IMG/VR virus record: IMGVR_UViG_2802429243_000001
Direction: 5' to 3' (one strand)
DNA length: 27,929 bases
DNA from: a virus
Taxonomy: Duplodnaviria; Heunggongvirae; Uroviricota; Caudoviricetes
Under the pieces are notes generated by a model. The model saw nothing but the letters and a program-made list of their open reading frames with translations. It did no database searches and was not told the origin of the DNA. Shown here piece by piece: positions 1 to 9,019 of this stretch; position 1 is the first letter of the stretch, and each line of letters begins with the position of its first letter. The position numbers were made by a program, and so were the translations under genes.

Positions 1-469
1 TTACTATGCTTTTTATTAACATAAACTCACTACAACGCACCTGAAACCTCTTGCTATATATATGTCAACCGTTTGAATTTAAAATAAAAAGAGTATCATT
101 TTTACTTGCATTTCTTATCAAGTCACATTCAACAACAGTAAAAAAACATTATTAGAACCATTCAATTAACAAAAAACCAACATTCAGCTTGCTTAATTTT
201 TCTTTATTAAACGATATTGAAAATCAATTGATAAAATACATCTAAACAACCTTTTGGGGCGCAAAAGCATAACATCAAACAAACAAATAACACACCGAAA
301 AAACTCACAATTAATAACCTATGATATACATACTGTTTATTATGGTTGAATAAGCCACTCGATATCTGGTGCTACGGAAGTGTCCACACGGTTTAGCAAC
401 ACCCGATACTTTTTCCTGGCTTCCAGCAACGGGGTTTCTTCCTCCGTTGCATATACAGCTCACCTTTTT

Positions 470-763
470 TCACCCACGATTAACCAACAGCCAGACCAGC
501 AGACACGCCACCACCGGCACAGCAAAATCCATCAGGCTTGCCACATCCCAAGCTCGCGGATCAAAACCGCCCCACCACGGCATATTCATACGCTTGCCAT
601 GTCCGAACATTTCAATCCAGCGATATTCTGCCTGGGTGTGTTCACGCGCAATGAAGAACGTACAACCAGCTATCGCTCCGTAAGCCCAGTTTCCGGTAAA
701 AAGACCAACCAGTATCTGCGCAGCCACAGCACAAAGTGCATGAAGTAAGGGGCTTATATCCAT
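470..763 (-). CDS. Small hydrophobic protein (97 aa, about 3 predicted TM segments), function unknown; last gene of the stf operon
   Basis: ATG at 763 preceded by AAGGAGG 5 nt upstream; the RBS lies inside the end of the upstream 92-aa gene. Translation has three hydrophobic stretches (LLHALCAVAAQILVGLF, AYGAIAGCTFFIA, LMDFAVPVVACLLVWLLV). I recognise no family. Confidence 0.55.
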   Translation of the reverse strand: MDISPLLHALCAVAAQILVGLFTGNWAYGAIAGCTFFIAREHTQAEYRWIEMFGHGKRMNMPWWGGFDPRAWDVASLMDFAVPVVACLLVWLLVNRG

Positions 764-775
764 TATTTCCTCCTT

Positions 776-1054
776 TCAGCTCCATTCCCGAAGCGGTGTT
801 TCCAGCTCCACGACATAATCAGAGAATACAGAAACATCAAACAAGTCATCAAGAATGCGAATGTTGACAAAATAACCGTCATTCCGGATACAGACAGGTT
901 CTCCCTCTTCAGTTACCCCTGTTTCTGTGTAGGTGAAACCAATTTCATCGACTAACAGTTTATTCTGGAGGTCTTCATCTTCCTCCCAGTCAAGAGATGA
1001 CAGGAAGGATTTAAACTCTCTGTTTCCAGGAAATTTCAAAGTTAAATCTTTCAT
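776..1054 (-). CDS. Small strongly acidic protein (92 aa, about 24 D/E vs 8 K/R), function unknown; translationally coupled to stf
   Basis: ATG overlaps the stf stop (ATGA at 1051-1054); AGGAGG 4 nt upstream. I recognise no family. Confidence 0.55.
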   Translation of the reverse strand: MKDLTLKFPGNREFKSFLSSLDWEEDEDLQNKLLVDEIGFTYTETGVTEEGEPVCIRNDGYFVNIRILDDLFDVSVFSDYVVELETPLREWS

Positions 1055-3072
1055 ACTGCCTCCTTGATTTGCCTGTCATTTAATTCTTTAAACCAGACTC
1101 TGAAATTTCTGATGTGTCCAAACAAATGACGCGTTCCTGCTGCGGTCTGCCCACCAAACCGGTACGATGTTGCTGTAACTCCAAATATTTTACCATTAAG
1201 GTTTGTTGTATAATTACCATTGCATATTGCATTTACTGATAAATCAGATTTAGCTCTCACACCCACAATGAACCTTTCTCCATCTGAGGCAATTTGTGGC
1301 TGAACCATTCCTACGTTGGCGCTTATCTTTCCTGTTGAAACAAACCCCAGCGATAAATAATTATCATCAATACTGTGCCCTCCAACATCAAATATCCTTG
1401 GCGCAACATTGGGCGGTGTACTCCAGTTCCTGCTTACTTCGCACAATACCGTAAAAGGCCGTGTTGACAGGTTATTCTGCGATGGGATAGTAACCACATC
1501 ACTTGCGCGTGTTGTTGGCATTGTAGTTACAATAAATGACGATGCCGTATTGCCCAGTTCAATTTGCGGCGTCGTCATGGTTAATGTTGAGTCATCATAG
1601 AATGGCTCATTACTTATTTTATTTGTCATATAAAAAGCACAGTTAACGGTATCAATGTCCGTATTAGCTGTATAAGTGGCCTCATAGTAGGTCCACTCGC
1701 CCTGTTGTTCAGCTTTGGCTGTTATAAGGGATGTATTACCGCTTACTGTTGCGATCCGGGTATCCAGATCAAGATAAGAGTCAGCAGAGAAGGTATCTGT
1801 TCCACCAATAATAACTGAAACTCTTAACCTGCATCGTGCTTTAGCGCCTTTAACCCGGCACGAAAAAGTGAAACATTCACCACTTGCCAGCGGGAATCTG
1901 TCTGCTGCAACCACACCATGCACAGTATAGCCACCTGTTGTTCCCACTATACTTTCCGTGGGTGTCACCGTGGCATAATTGAACCCCTGTTTATCAGTGC
2001 CAAATGTTTTATTCAGTGCGGAATGAACAGTCCATGAGTCTGGTTTATTTGAGTTCCTCAGATAATTTGTCCTCTGTCCTTCAATCAATAAGCCATCGCG
2101 CTCAAATCGCGGTTCATCAACTTCAGCAAGCTTGAGTTGGCCGGACTTATTAATATACGTTGCTGTTGAAGCACGTTTAAACTTAACAATCTTGTCGCCT
2201 GGCATTGTTATTTCATCGTCACCAATAACAATCTTTTTATATGATGGCGAAAACCCCGTAATCATATCCAGTGTATCGTTAAACGGTATCCATACATCAG
2301 GCAGCGGCGGCACTATATTCGCATAGGGCTCTGCAGTCACTTCCGCTGCGGCTTCTGCGCGGTCTGCCGCCTTTTCTGCTCGTGTCGCTGCCGACAGAGC
2401 CTCATCCTTTTTCTGCCCGGCCTTTGTTGCGTCTGCTGCGGCCTCCCGCGCTTTTGTGGTGGCGATTCCGGCATTTTCAGCGGCTGACTCTGCATTACGG
2501 CGGGAAGCCTCTTCACTGTCTGCGGAGGCTTCCTCTGACGCACGGGCATTTGTCTCTGAATGTTCTGCCGCTGTTGCTGCATTTTGTGCGGCTGTTTTTG
2601 AAGAAGCTGCCGCTTTCGCGCTGTTACCTGCATTCGTCTCTGATGTTTTCGCCGCGTTCCTGGACGATGCCGCTGCTGTTTCTGATTTCTTTGCTGCCGC
2701 TGCGCTCTGAGAGGCGGCTTCAGCGTTGCGTGCCGCCTCTTCCACCATCTTTTCAAAACGATACAGTGCCTCCGGACGAACATCATCTTCTGTTGCAGCG
2801 CCCAGAAAATCATTCAATGTCCCCGGCTTAGAATCCTCATACACGGTGATGGTCCCGGCATGTGAAGGCGGAAAACCTTCAACCAGCAGGGCGACGCTGT
2901 ACTGGCCATACTCAACATCCATGCTGTAACGTCCGGCTTCATCCGGATTTTCTGAGGCCACCGTGTTCACCACAACTGTGGTGCTGTTACGTTTTGCTTT
3001 GAGCTGAATGGTGCAGTTCTGTATCGGTTTTCCTGCACCGTCTTTCAGCACACCTGAAATCTGTACTGCCAT
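1051..3072 (-). CDS. stf: Side tail fibre protein (Stf-like); lambda-like N-terminal anchor and Ala/Ser/Thr-rich shaft, non-lambda C-terminal distal domain
   Basis: N-terminus MAVQISGVLKDGAGKPIQNCTIQLKA... matches lambda Stf as I recall it, followed by AAxxSETNA-type repeats. Likely start is the ATG at 3072 (GGAG RBS); the ORF track extends to a GTG at 3078. Confidence 0.85.
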   Translation of the reverse strand: MAVQISGVLKDGAGKPIQNCTIQLKAKRNSTTVVVNTVASENPDEAGRYSMDVEYGQYSVALLVEGFPPSHAGTITVYEDSKPGTLNDFLGAATEDDVRPEALYRFEKMVEEAARNAEAASQSAAAAKKSETAAASSRNAAKTSETNAGNSAKAAASSKTAAQNAATAAEHSETNARASEEASADSEEASRRNAESAAENAGIATTKAREAAADATKAGQKKDEALSAATRAEKAADRAEAAAEVTAEPYANIVPPLPDVWIPFNDTLDMITGFSPSYKKIVIGDDEITMPGDKIVKFKRASTATYINKSGQLKLAEVDEPRFERDGLLIEGQRTNYLRNSNKPDSWTVHSALNKTFGTDKQGFNYATVTPTESIVGTTGGYTVHGVVAADRFPLASGECFTFSCRVKGAKARCRLRVSVIIGGTDTFSADSYLDLDTRIATVSGNTSLITAKAEQQGEWTYYEATYTANTDIDTVNCAFYMTNKISNEPFYDDSTLTMTTPQIELGNTASSFIVTTMPTTRASDVVTIPSQNNLSTRPFTVLCEVSRNWSTPPNVAPRIFDVGGHSIDDNYLSLGFVSTGKISANVGMVQPQIASDGERFIVGVRAKSDLSVNAICNGNYTTNLNGKIFGVTATSYRFGGQTAAGTRHLFGHIRNFRVWFKELNDRQIKEAV

Positions 3073-3084
3073 ATTCACTCCACA

Positions 3085-3112
3085 AATAAAAAAGGCACCA
3101 TTTCTGGTGCCC
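3085..3112 (-). terminator. Putative rho-independent terminator between J and stf
   Basis: On the minus strand, GGCACC-agaaat-GGTGCC hairpin followed by TTTTTTATTT, directly downstream of the J stop. Confidence 0.5.
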
Positions 3113-3130
3113 GAATTTGGGTTTTAAAAT

Positions 3131-6100
3131 TCAACTGATACTGATGCCGGCTGTTGATTTCTTCATCACGACAACAAGAAGGTCGCTGATACTGGTCGTT
3201 GGCGTCCAGTTATTTGCACCATATGAAGAAACATTGAAAGTCAGGGTGACATGGCCGTGTCCGGCAGGCATATCAATGACTGATGAAAATACCCTGCTGA
3301 CATCCGTCGCGGGTTGCTGAAAGATTTCCTGTCCGTTCTTCAGCACCTGCAGCTTACAGGTTGAATACCAGTATGACTGTTGGTTGTTGCTGTTGAAGTT
3401 TTCATGCTTACCACCGCGAAACAGAACGGGGGGGATTACTATCTGACGGTCAAAAGCCTGGTCATCGTACACCGTGACCGTTATTGTACCGCTGGCATAA
3501 CTGCTATTTCTCGGAAAGGCTTTTCCCACCGTTTTAACAATATCGCCTTCAATCTGGTTGGCTGACAGTTTTCCCAGAATCCGGCAGTTCTGATTAATCG
3601 TGACATTGTTGAGCGTCCCGGAGTTCGCGTTCACGTTACCGCTGATATCCGCATTTTTCGCCGTCAGCCGCCCGTCCGGTGTCAGGGAAAATGCCGGAGG
3701 ATTACCGCCGCTGGTAATGGTGGGAGCCGTCAGATATTTCAGGAACACTTCATTCATAAATATCTGATCGCCCTGACCAACAAACATCGGCTTTGTATTG
3801 CCATTCGCAGGATTAATCATCGCAATCCTGTCCGCCGCCAGCAGCACCTGACTCTGCATACCGTCAGGGGTATTCTCAATACCGGCACCAATACCCGCGA
3901 TATAAAGGCGTCCGTCCTGCATCTGCTGCAGCTTCACAGCCCACATGCTGTTCAGGTTATTATTTGTATCAACCTGAACCTTCTGTATCTGCTGGATCGC
4001 TGCACTCTGGTCTTCCAGTTTCTTATTGACGGTCTGCGTGATTTCATTGCTGACATCCGTAATGGACGTCCTGATTTCAGCCAGGTCAGGCGCAAGCTGA
4101 CCGTTATCAATCTGCGTCCACAACTCCTGAGCCAGATGGGTTTTCCCTATCTCTCCTTTGAAAAAATCCAGATAGCCGGATGCATCATCACTCGGCTGGC
4201 CAACAGCCTCCACAAATGCCGATTTGCCAACGGTGTTCACACTGCGAATGTAAAAATAATAATCATGGCCCGGTTTGATATTGATACTAGCGGCTATCCA
4301 GTACAGCGCCGTACCAAGATAACGCGCGCTGGCTTCAACCTGCCTGATATCCGCAATCCGCTTTTCCGAGAACCAGAACTCAAACTGTACCGTCGGATCA
4401 TAAACGGCAAGATGCGGCGTTGCGGTTATCTGAAAATAGCCCGGCGTCAGCTCAATCCGCGATGGCGCTGCCGGTGCGGCAATCCGGAACGATACCGACG
4501 CCGGATCCCCCTGCTGCCCCCACGCATTTACCGCCCGGACTGTCAGCCTGTAGTTCCCCAGCGCCAGTTGCCTGAAGCGGTATGTGGTTTCCGTCGTCCT
4601 GGCCGTGCTGACCAGCCGCTCACTGCCGTCATCCGCTGCCACGGTCAGGCGAAGCATAAAGCTCCCCCCCTTCACCACCTTCGGCGTGTCCCAGCGCGCC
4701 AGCACCTGGTATTCCCCGCTGTCTGCGGTGACTTCTGCAGTCAGGTGCTGCACCGCGGGCGGCGTGACACCGTTCACCGTTCCGCTCTGGTCGCCGTCAA
4801 AGTACGCCCCGTTATCCACGATGGCTTCTTTCTCCGGTACATGCTGCACGGCAGTGATGGCATACGTGCCGTCATCGTTCTCACGGATACTCACACAGCG
4901 GAACAGGCGCTGGCGCAGCATCGGCAGCTTCAGCCCCCACACGCTGTATCCGGCAACGCCGTCAGGAACACGGCTCACTTTCACCTTCACACCGTCGGTG
5001 ACGGACTGGACCTCCACGCTGACCGGATTCCCCTGCCCGTCAACCAGGCTTATCAGCGTGGTGCCGGAGGATGGCAGCGTGATTTCACGGTCGAGCGTCA
5101 GCGTCCGGGTCTGGCTGTTCACCGCCAGCACACGCCCACCGATGCTGATACCGGCATAGTCATCATCGCAGATTTCAATGACATCCCCCGGTACATGGCG
5201 AAGCCCTTCAGCACCCACGCTGAAGTCCACGGTCTGCGTTTCCAGCAGCTCCGTTTTAATCAGCCACAGCCCGGCGCGGTGTGCCTGCCCCCGACTGGTA
5301 CAGCCAAAGGCATCCATCTTCGTGACGTTACGGCCGTAACGGGCAATGGCCTGCGTATCCTCCACGAGCTCTGTCGCCGTCTCCCAGCCGTTGTTCGGGT
5401 CAATCCAGTTCACCTCAACGGCATTATGGCGGTCCTTCAGGGCGCTGAAGCTGTAGCGGAACGGCGCGCCATCATCCGGCATCACCACATTACTGCGGTT
5501 ATAGGTCCACACCTTATCTGATGGTCGGTCCTGCACGAACGTCAGCGTCTGCCCGTTCCATACCGGCATACAGCGCATCGCCGAGCAGAAATCACTGAGC
5601 ACATCCCACGCCTTGCGCTGTGTGGTCAGGTACGCATTACAGGTGATGCGCGGCTCCGTGCCGCCAAAGCCGTCCGGCACTGACTGGTCGCAGTACTGGC
5701 CGATGACATACAGCGCCCATTTATCCACATCCGCCGCACCAAGACGTTTCCCCATGCCGTAGCGCGGATGGGTCAGCATATCCCACAGACACCAGGCCAT
5801 GTTGTTGCTGTATGCCGGTTTAAACGTTCCGTCCCAGATACCGCTGTATTGCCGCGTCTGCGGGTTATAATTCGACGGCACCTGCAGAATACGCCCGCGC
5901 AGATGATAATTACGGCTCACCTGCTGACTGCCGAACTGCTCCGAGTCCACCTGCACGCCGACCAGTGCCGTGTTCGGGTAGCACTGTTTCACATCGATAA
6001 TTTCGGTGTATGACGACCAGAGCGTTTTGTTCTGCAGCTGGTCTGTGGTGCTGTCCGGCGTCATCCTGCGCATCCGGATACTGAACGGGCGCGGCGGCAG

Positions 6101-6613
6101 GTTATCCACCACCACCGAGGCCAGATACTGTGAAGTGGTTTTACCCTTAATGGTGATGTCTTTTTCCGTCACCCAGCCACCGTTACGTTGTATCTGAACC
6201 AGCAGGCGGACTTCCGATGGATTCCTGTCCCCCTTTGAGGTGGTTTCCACCAGTGCCTGCACGCCGAAAGTAAAACGCAGACGGTCAATGTTTGCCGACG
6301 TGATGGTCCGGGTGATCGGCGTGTCATATTTCACTTCTGTACCGAGCACCGTCTCGGAGCCGGAGGATTCAAATCCCTCCGGCGGTGTCTGCTCCTGCTC
6401 ACCGGCCCGGAACACCACCGTGACGCCGGATATATTGGTATTCCCCTCACTGTCCAGCACCGGCGTACTGTTCAGCAGCACGCTTTTTAATCCATCCACC
6501 GGACCTTCAACCGGCCCTTCGCTGATGGCATCGATCACACTCAGCAGCTGCGTGGACTTCAGGTTGTCCTTCGCTTCGCGCGGGATATGCCCCTTACTGC
6601 TGCCTTTACCCAT
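3131..6613 (-). CDS. J: Tail tip host-specificity protein J (central tail fibre), 1160 aa
   Basis: N-terminal about 850 aa near-identical to lambda gpJ as recalled (MGKGSSKGH...); C-terminal about 300 aa differ. Confidence 0.95.
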   Translation of the reverse strand: MGKGSSKGHIPREAKDNLKSTQLLSVIDAISEGPVEGPVDGLKSVLLNSTPVLDSEGNTNISGVTVVFRAGEQEQTPPEGFESSGSETVLGTEVKYDTPITRTITSANIDRLRFTFGVQALVETTSKGDRNPSEVRLLVQIQRNGGWVTEKDITIKGKTTSQYLASVVVDNLPPRPFSIRMRRMTPDSTTDQLQNKTLWSSYTEIIDVKQCYPNTALVGVQVDSEQFGSQQVSRNYHLRGRILQVPSNYNPQTRQYSGIWDGTFKPAYSNNMAWCLWDMLTHPRYGMGKRLGAADVDKWALYVIGQYCDQSVPDGFGGTEPRITCNAYLTTQRKAWDVLSDFCSAMRCMPVWNGQTLTFVQDRPSDKVWTYNRSNVVMPDDGAPFRYSFSALKDRHNAVEVNWIDPNNGWETATELVEDTQAIARYGRNVTKMDAFGCTSRGQAHRAGLWLIKTELLETQTVDFSVGAEGLRHVPGDVIEICDDDYAGISIGGRVLAVNSQTRTLTLDREITLPSSGTTLISLVDGQGNPVSVEVQSVTDGVKVKVSRVPDGVAGYSVWGLKLPMLRQRLFRCVSIRENDDGTYAITAVQHVPEKEAIVDNGAYFDGDQSGTVNGVTPPAVQHLTAEVTADSGEYQVLARWDTPKVVKGGSFMLRLTVAADDGSERLVSTARTTETTYRFRQLALGNYRLTVRAVNAWGQQGDPASVSFRIAAPAAPSRIELTPGYFQITATPHLAVYDPTVQFEFWFSEKRIADIRQVEASARYLGTALYWIAASINIKPGHDYYFYIRSVNTVGKSAFVEAVGQPSDDASGYLDFFKGEIGKTHLAQELWTQIDNGQLAPDLAEIRTSITDVSNEITQTVNKKLEDQSAAIQQIQKVQVDTNNNLNSMWAVKLQQMQDGRLYIAGIGAGIENTPDGMQSQVLLAADRIAMINPANGNTKPMFVGQGDQIFMNEVFLKYLTAPTITSGGNPPAFSLTPDGRLTAKNADISGNVNANSGTLNNVTINQNCRILGKLSANQIEGDIVKTVGKAFPRNSSYASGTITVTVYDDQAFDRQIVIPPVLFRGGKHENFNSNNQQSYWYSTCKLQVLKNGQEIFQQPATDVSRVFSSVIDMPAGHGHVTLTFNVSSYGANNWTPTTSISDLLVVVMKKSTAGISIS

Positions 6614-6673
6614 TCGTCATGCTCCATAAACGATAAAACCGCCCGGAGGCGGTTTCACATAAAACATTTTGCA

Positions 6674-7345
6674 TCAGCGACCAATCACCACAATCTGACC
6701 ACCATCCCCTTCGTCTGCCGTGCTGATCTCCTGAGAAACCACGCGTGACCCCACGCTCATTTCACCGTACAGAACCGGCAGAACATTGCCCAGGGCAACC
6801 ATGTTATCCAGTGAGGAGAAATAGGTGTTCTGTTTGCCGTTATCCGTTGTCTGTGTACGGGGAGTTCTGGCTTTCGGTGCCAGCATCTGCGCCACACCAC
6901 CGAGCACCATACTGGCACCGAGAGAAAACAAGATGCCGGTCATACCACCGGCCCCAATGGCTGCCCCCCATGCTGCAAGGGTGGCTCCGGCGGTAAAGAA
7001 TGATCCGGCAATGGCGGCAGCCCCCAGGACAATCTGGAATACGCCACCTGACTTGGCCCCTGCGACTCTGGGAACAATATGAATCACAGCGCCATCAGGC
7101 AGAGTCTCATGTAACTGCGCCGTTAACCCGGACGTGCTGACGTCCCGCCCGGCAATCCGTACCTGATACCAGCCGTCGCTCAGTTTCTGACGAAACACCG
7201 GGAGCTGTGTGGCCAGTGCGCGGATGGCTTCAGCCCCCGTTTTCACACGAAGGTCGATGCGGCGGCCAAATCGTTGTAAATCCCCGTAAAGGCAGATGCG
7301 TGCCATGCCCGGTGACGCCAGAGGGAGTGTGTGCGTCGCTGCCAT
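6674..7345 (-). CDS. I: Tail assembly protein I (223 aa)
   Basis: Same length and position as lambda gpI; Gly/Ala-rich C-terminus; overlaps the K 3' end as in lambda. Confidence 0.9.
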   Translation of the reverse strand: MAATHTLPLASPGMARICLYGDLQRFGRRIDLRVKTGAEAIRALATQLPVFRQKLSDGWYQVRIAGRDVSTSGLTAQLHETLPDGAVIHIVPRVAGAKSGGVFQIVLGAAAIAGSFFTAGATLAAWGAAIGAGGMTGILFSLGASMVLGGVAQMLAPKARTPRTQTTDNGKQNTYFSSLDNMVALGNVLPVLYGEMSVGSRVVSQEISTADEGDGGQIVVIGR

Positions 7346-7986
7346 TTGTCGGTATACCTCTCTCGTTTGCTCAGTTGTTCAGGAATATGGTGCAACAGCT
7401 CGCCGTCGCCGCAGTAAATGGCGGCATGATTCGGCACCGATGAACCAAAACAGCACAGCAGCACATCGCCCGGCTGCGCCGCTGACAACGGCACCTGATA
7501 CAGCCCTGTGGCCTCCAGATTATCCAGATAGAGATTCTGACCGTTACGCCACCAGTCATCCTCGCGGTGAAAATCCGGCATCTCAATCCCCGCCAGATGG
7601 TAAGCGTCCCGGAACAGCGTGTAACAGTCCGTCACCCCGTGCTCAAAGCGCCGCCCGATGAGATACGGCACACAGCGGAATTTATGAATCTCCCCGCGGC
7701 AGACCAGCCACCACGGTAAATCACTCTGCACCTGCAGCCGCCGGTCGGCTTCACTCAGCCAGGGCAGACCACCGGGATGGCTGTGGACCAGCGCCACAAT
7801 CTCACCCTGCATCTCTGCCTGCAGCCAGTCCTCCGGCGACATCCGGAAATACTCCTCCGGCTCACCGGAGATATTCACGCAGGGAAAATATCTTTCCCCC
7901 TCCGGCGTTCTCACCACGAAGCCGCACGACTCCGCTGGCGCACATCGTCGGGCGTGCGCCAGAATCGCTGATTCTGTCTCTGTCAT
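7243..7986 (-). CDS. K: Tail assembly protein K (NlpC/P60 + JAMM/MPN-like)
   Basis: HSHPGG motif and lambda gpK-like sequence; ATG at 7986. True start not verified. Confidence 0.85.
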   Translation of the reverse strand: MTETESAILAHARRCAPAESCGFVVRTPEGERYFPCVNISGEPEEYFRMSPEDWLQAEMQGEIVALVHSHPGGLPWLSEADRRLQVQSDLPWWLVCRGEIHKFRCVPYLIGRRFEHGVTDCYTLFRDAYHLAGIEMPDFHREDDWWRNGQNLYLDNLEATGLYQVPLSAAQPGDVLLCCFGSSVPNHAAIYCGDGELLHHIPEQLSKRERYTDKWQRRTHSLWRHRAWHASAFTGIYNDLAAASTFV

Positions 7987-7991
7987 GGGAT

Positions 7992-8690
7992 TTACTGCGA
8001 AAGTTTGTTAATGGAAAGGAAGCCGCCAAAGTTGCCGACGTTATTGCGAAACTTACAGCCACTCAGGCATTTGCTGCATTTATCCTTCGTGATATCGGAC
8101 GTCGGCTGGTCATATTCATCCGCGACAGCCGGACCGTGATAACCGCACTCATCACCGCGATAGGTCCAGGTGCAGGTATTAGCCAGCATGATGCGCCCCG
8201 GAAAAACAGCACCATCCGTTTCAGTCGGCGTGGACAGTACAAAAGAGGCACTCACCGCGCTCAGTTCGCTGCACTGTTCGATGCGCCAGCGGCTGATCAC
8301 CTCCTGCTCCGGATCGGCGTCGCTGTTTCCGTTAACGAAGTTCACCGCATCCAGAAAACGGGCGTAAACCTTACGCCGGACCACCGTTCCGCCGACCAGA
8401 CTCTGCAGGTCTTCCGCCATACCGGTGACCATGCCGTGCAGGTTAGAGACCGTCAGCGTGGGGCGCGTACTGGTGCCTTTGCCATTCAGTTCAAAACCGC
8501 TCCCCTGAATGGGATACGGCTGATACTGTCGCCCCTGCCAGGTGACCGGCTCACCTTTTTCGTTCTGCTCATTACAGAAAAAATAACGTTCTCCACCGAC
8601 CTCTGTCAGATCGATTTCCCAGAGCACCACGCTGGCCGACTGCTCCGCACGGGTGCATTCATTCAGTGTTTCCTGCCGGATATCCTGCAT
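7992..8690 (-). CDS. L: Minor tail protein L (232 aa)
   Basis: Length and synteny identical to lambda gpL; Cys-rich C-terminus. Confidence 0.9.
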   Translation of the reverse strand: MQDIRQETLNECTRAEQSASVVLWEIDLTEVGGERYFFCNEQNEKGEPVTWQGRQYQPYPIQGSGFELNGKGTSTRPTLTVSNLHGMVTGMAEDLQSLVGGTVVRRKVYARFLDAVNFVNGNSDADPEQEVISRWRIEQCSELSAVSASFVLSTPTETDGAVFPGRIMLANTCTWTYRGDECGYHGPAVADEYDQPTSDITKDKCSKCLSGCKFRNNVGNFGGFLSINKLSQ

Positions 8691-9019
8691 CAGTTCACCA
8701 CCTGTTCAAACTCTGCGCTGAACTCAACACGCAGCATACTGACCCGCGACGACCATTTTGCGCAGGTCACCTTTATCTGCCGCCACTCATAAGGCGGCGT
8801 CCACAGAAAGGATTTCCAGCCCCCGTGCTCAGCCAGAAACGACTCAAGCGCCGTGGCCTCCCAACGGGGAACAGAAAGCGTCACGCTGTACGTTTTCAGG
8901 TCGGCATTCAGCCCGGCAGGCGCTCGCTGAGAATAGCCATCACCAAAGCGCACCTTTCTTACGGAAGGGGCCGAAGCCACATCCATACCGGGTTTCACTT
9001 TCCAGCGGAAGGTTTTCAT
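8690..9019 (-). CDS. M: Minor tail protein M (109 aa)
   Basis: Length and synteny of lambda gpM; start overlaps the H stop. Confidence 0.9.
   Translation of the reverse strand: MKTFRWKVKPGMDVASAPSVRKVRFGDGYSQRAPAGLNADLKTYSVTLSVPRWEATALESFLAEHGGWKSFLWTPPYEWRQIKVTCAKWSSRVSMLRVEFSAEFEQVVN

Noticed and set aside
1-30. Sequence GCTTTTTATTAAC near the window start, loosely reminiscent of the lambda att core GCTTTTTTATACTAA
   Set aside because: The match is imperfect and short in an AT-rich tract; it cannot be distinguished from chance without the integrase and the other attachment site.
2340-2720. Repetitive sequence that might be taken for a CRISPR-like or tandem-repeat array
   Set aside because: The repeats are degenerate, in-frame and encode the Ala/Ser/Thr-rich Stf shaft; there is no spacer-repeat periodicity.
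2337-2831. Overlapping ORFs in alternative frames of stf, including a very basic R/Q/K-rich 158-aa ORF on the minus strand and Ala-rich ORFs on the plus strand
   Set aside because: They lie within the repetitive Ala/Ser/Thr-rich Stf shaft coding region; alternative frames of such repeats give long artefactual ORFs.
4136-5521. Long plus-strand ORF (461 aa) and other plus-strand ORFs inside J
   Set aside because: It is antisense to the strongly supported J gene in GC-rich DNA, where long spurious ORFs are expected; no RBS or recognisable protein features.
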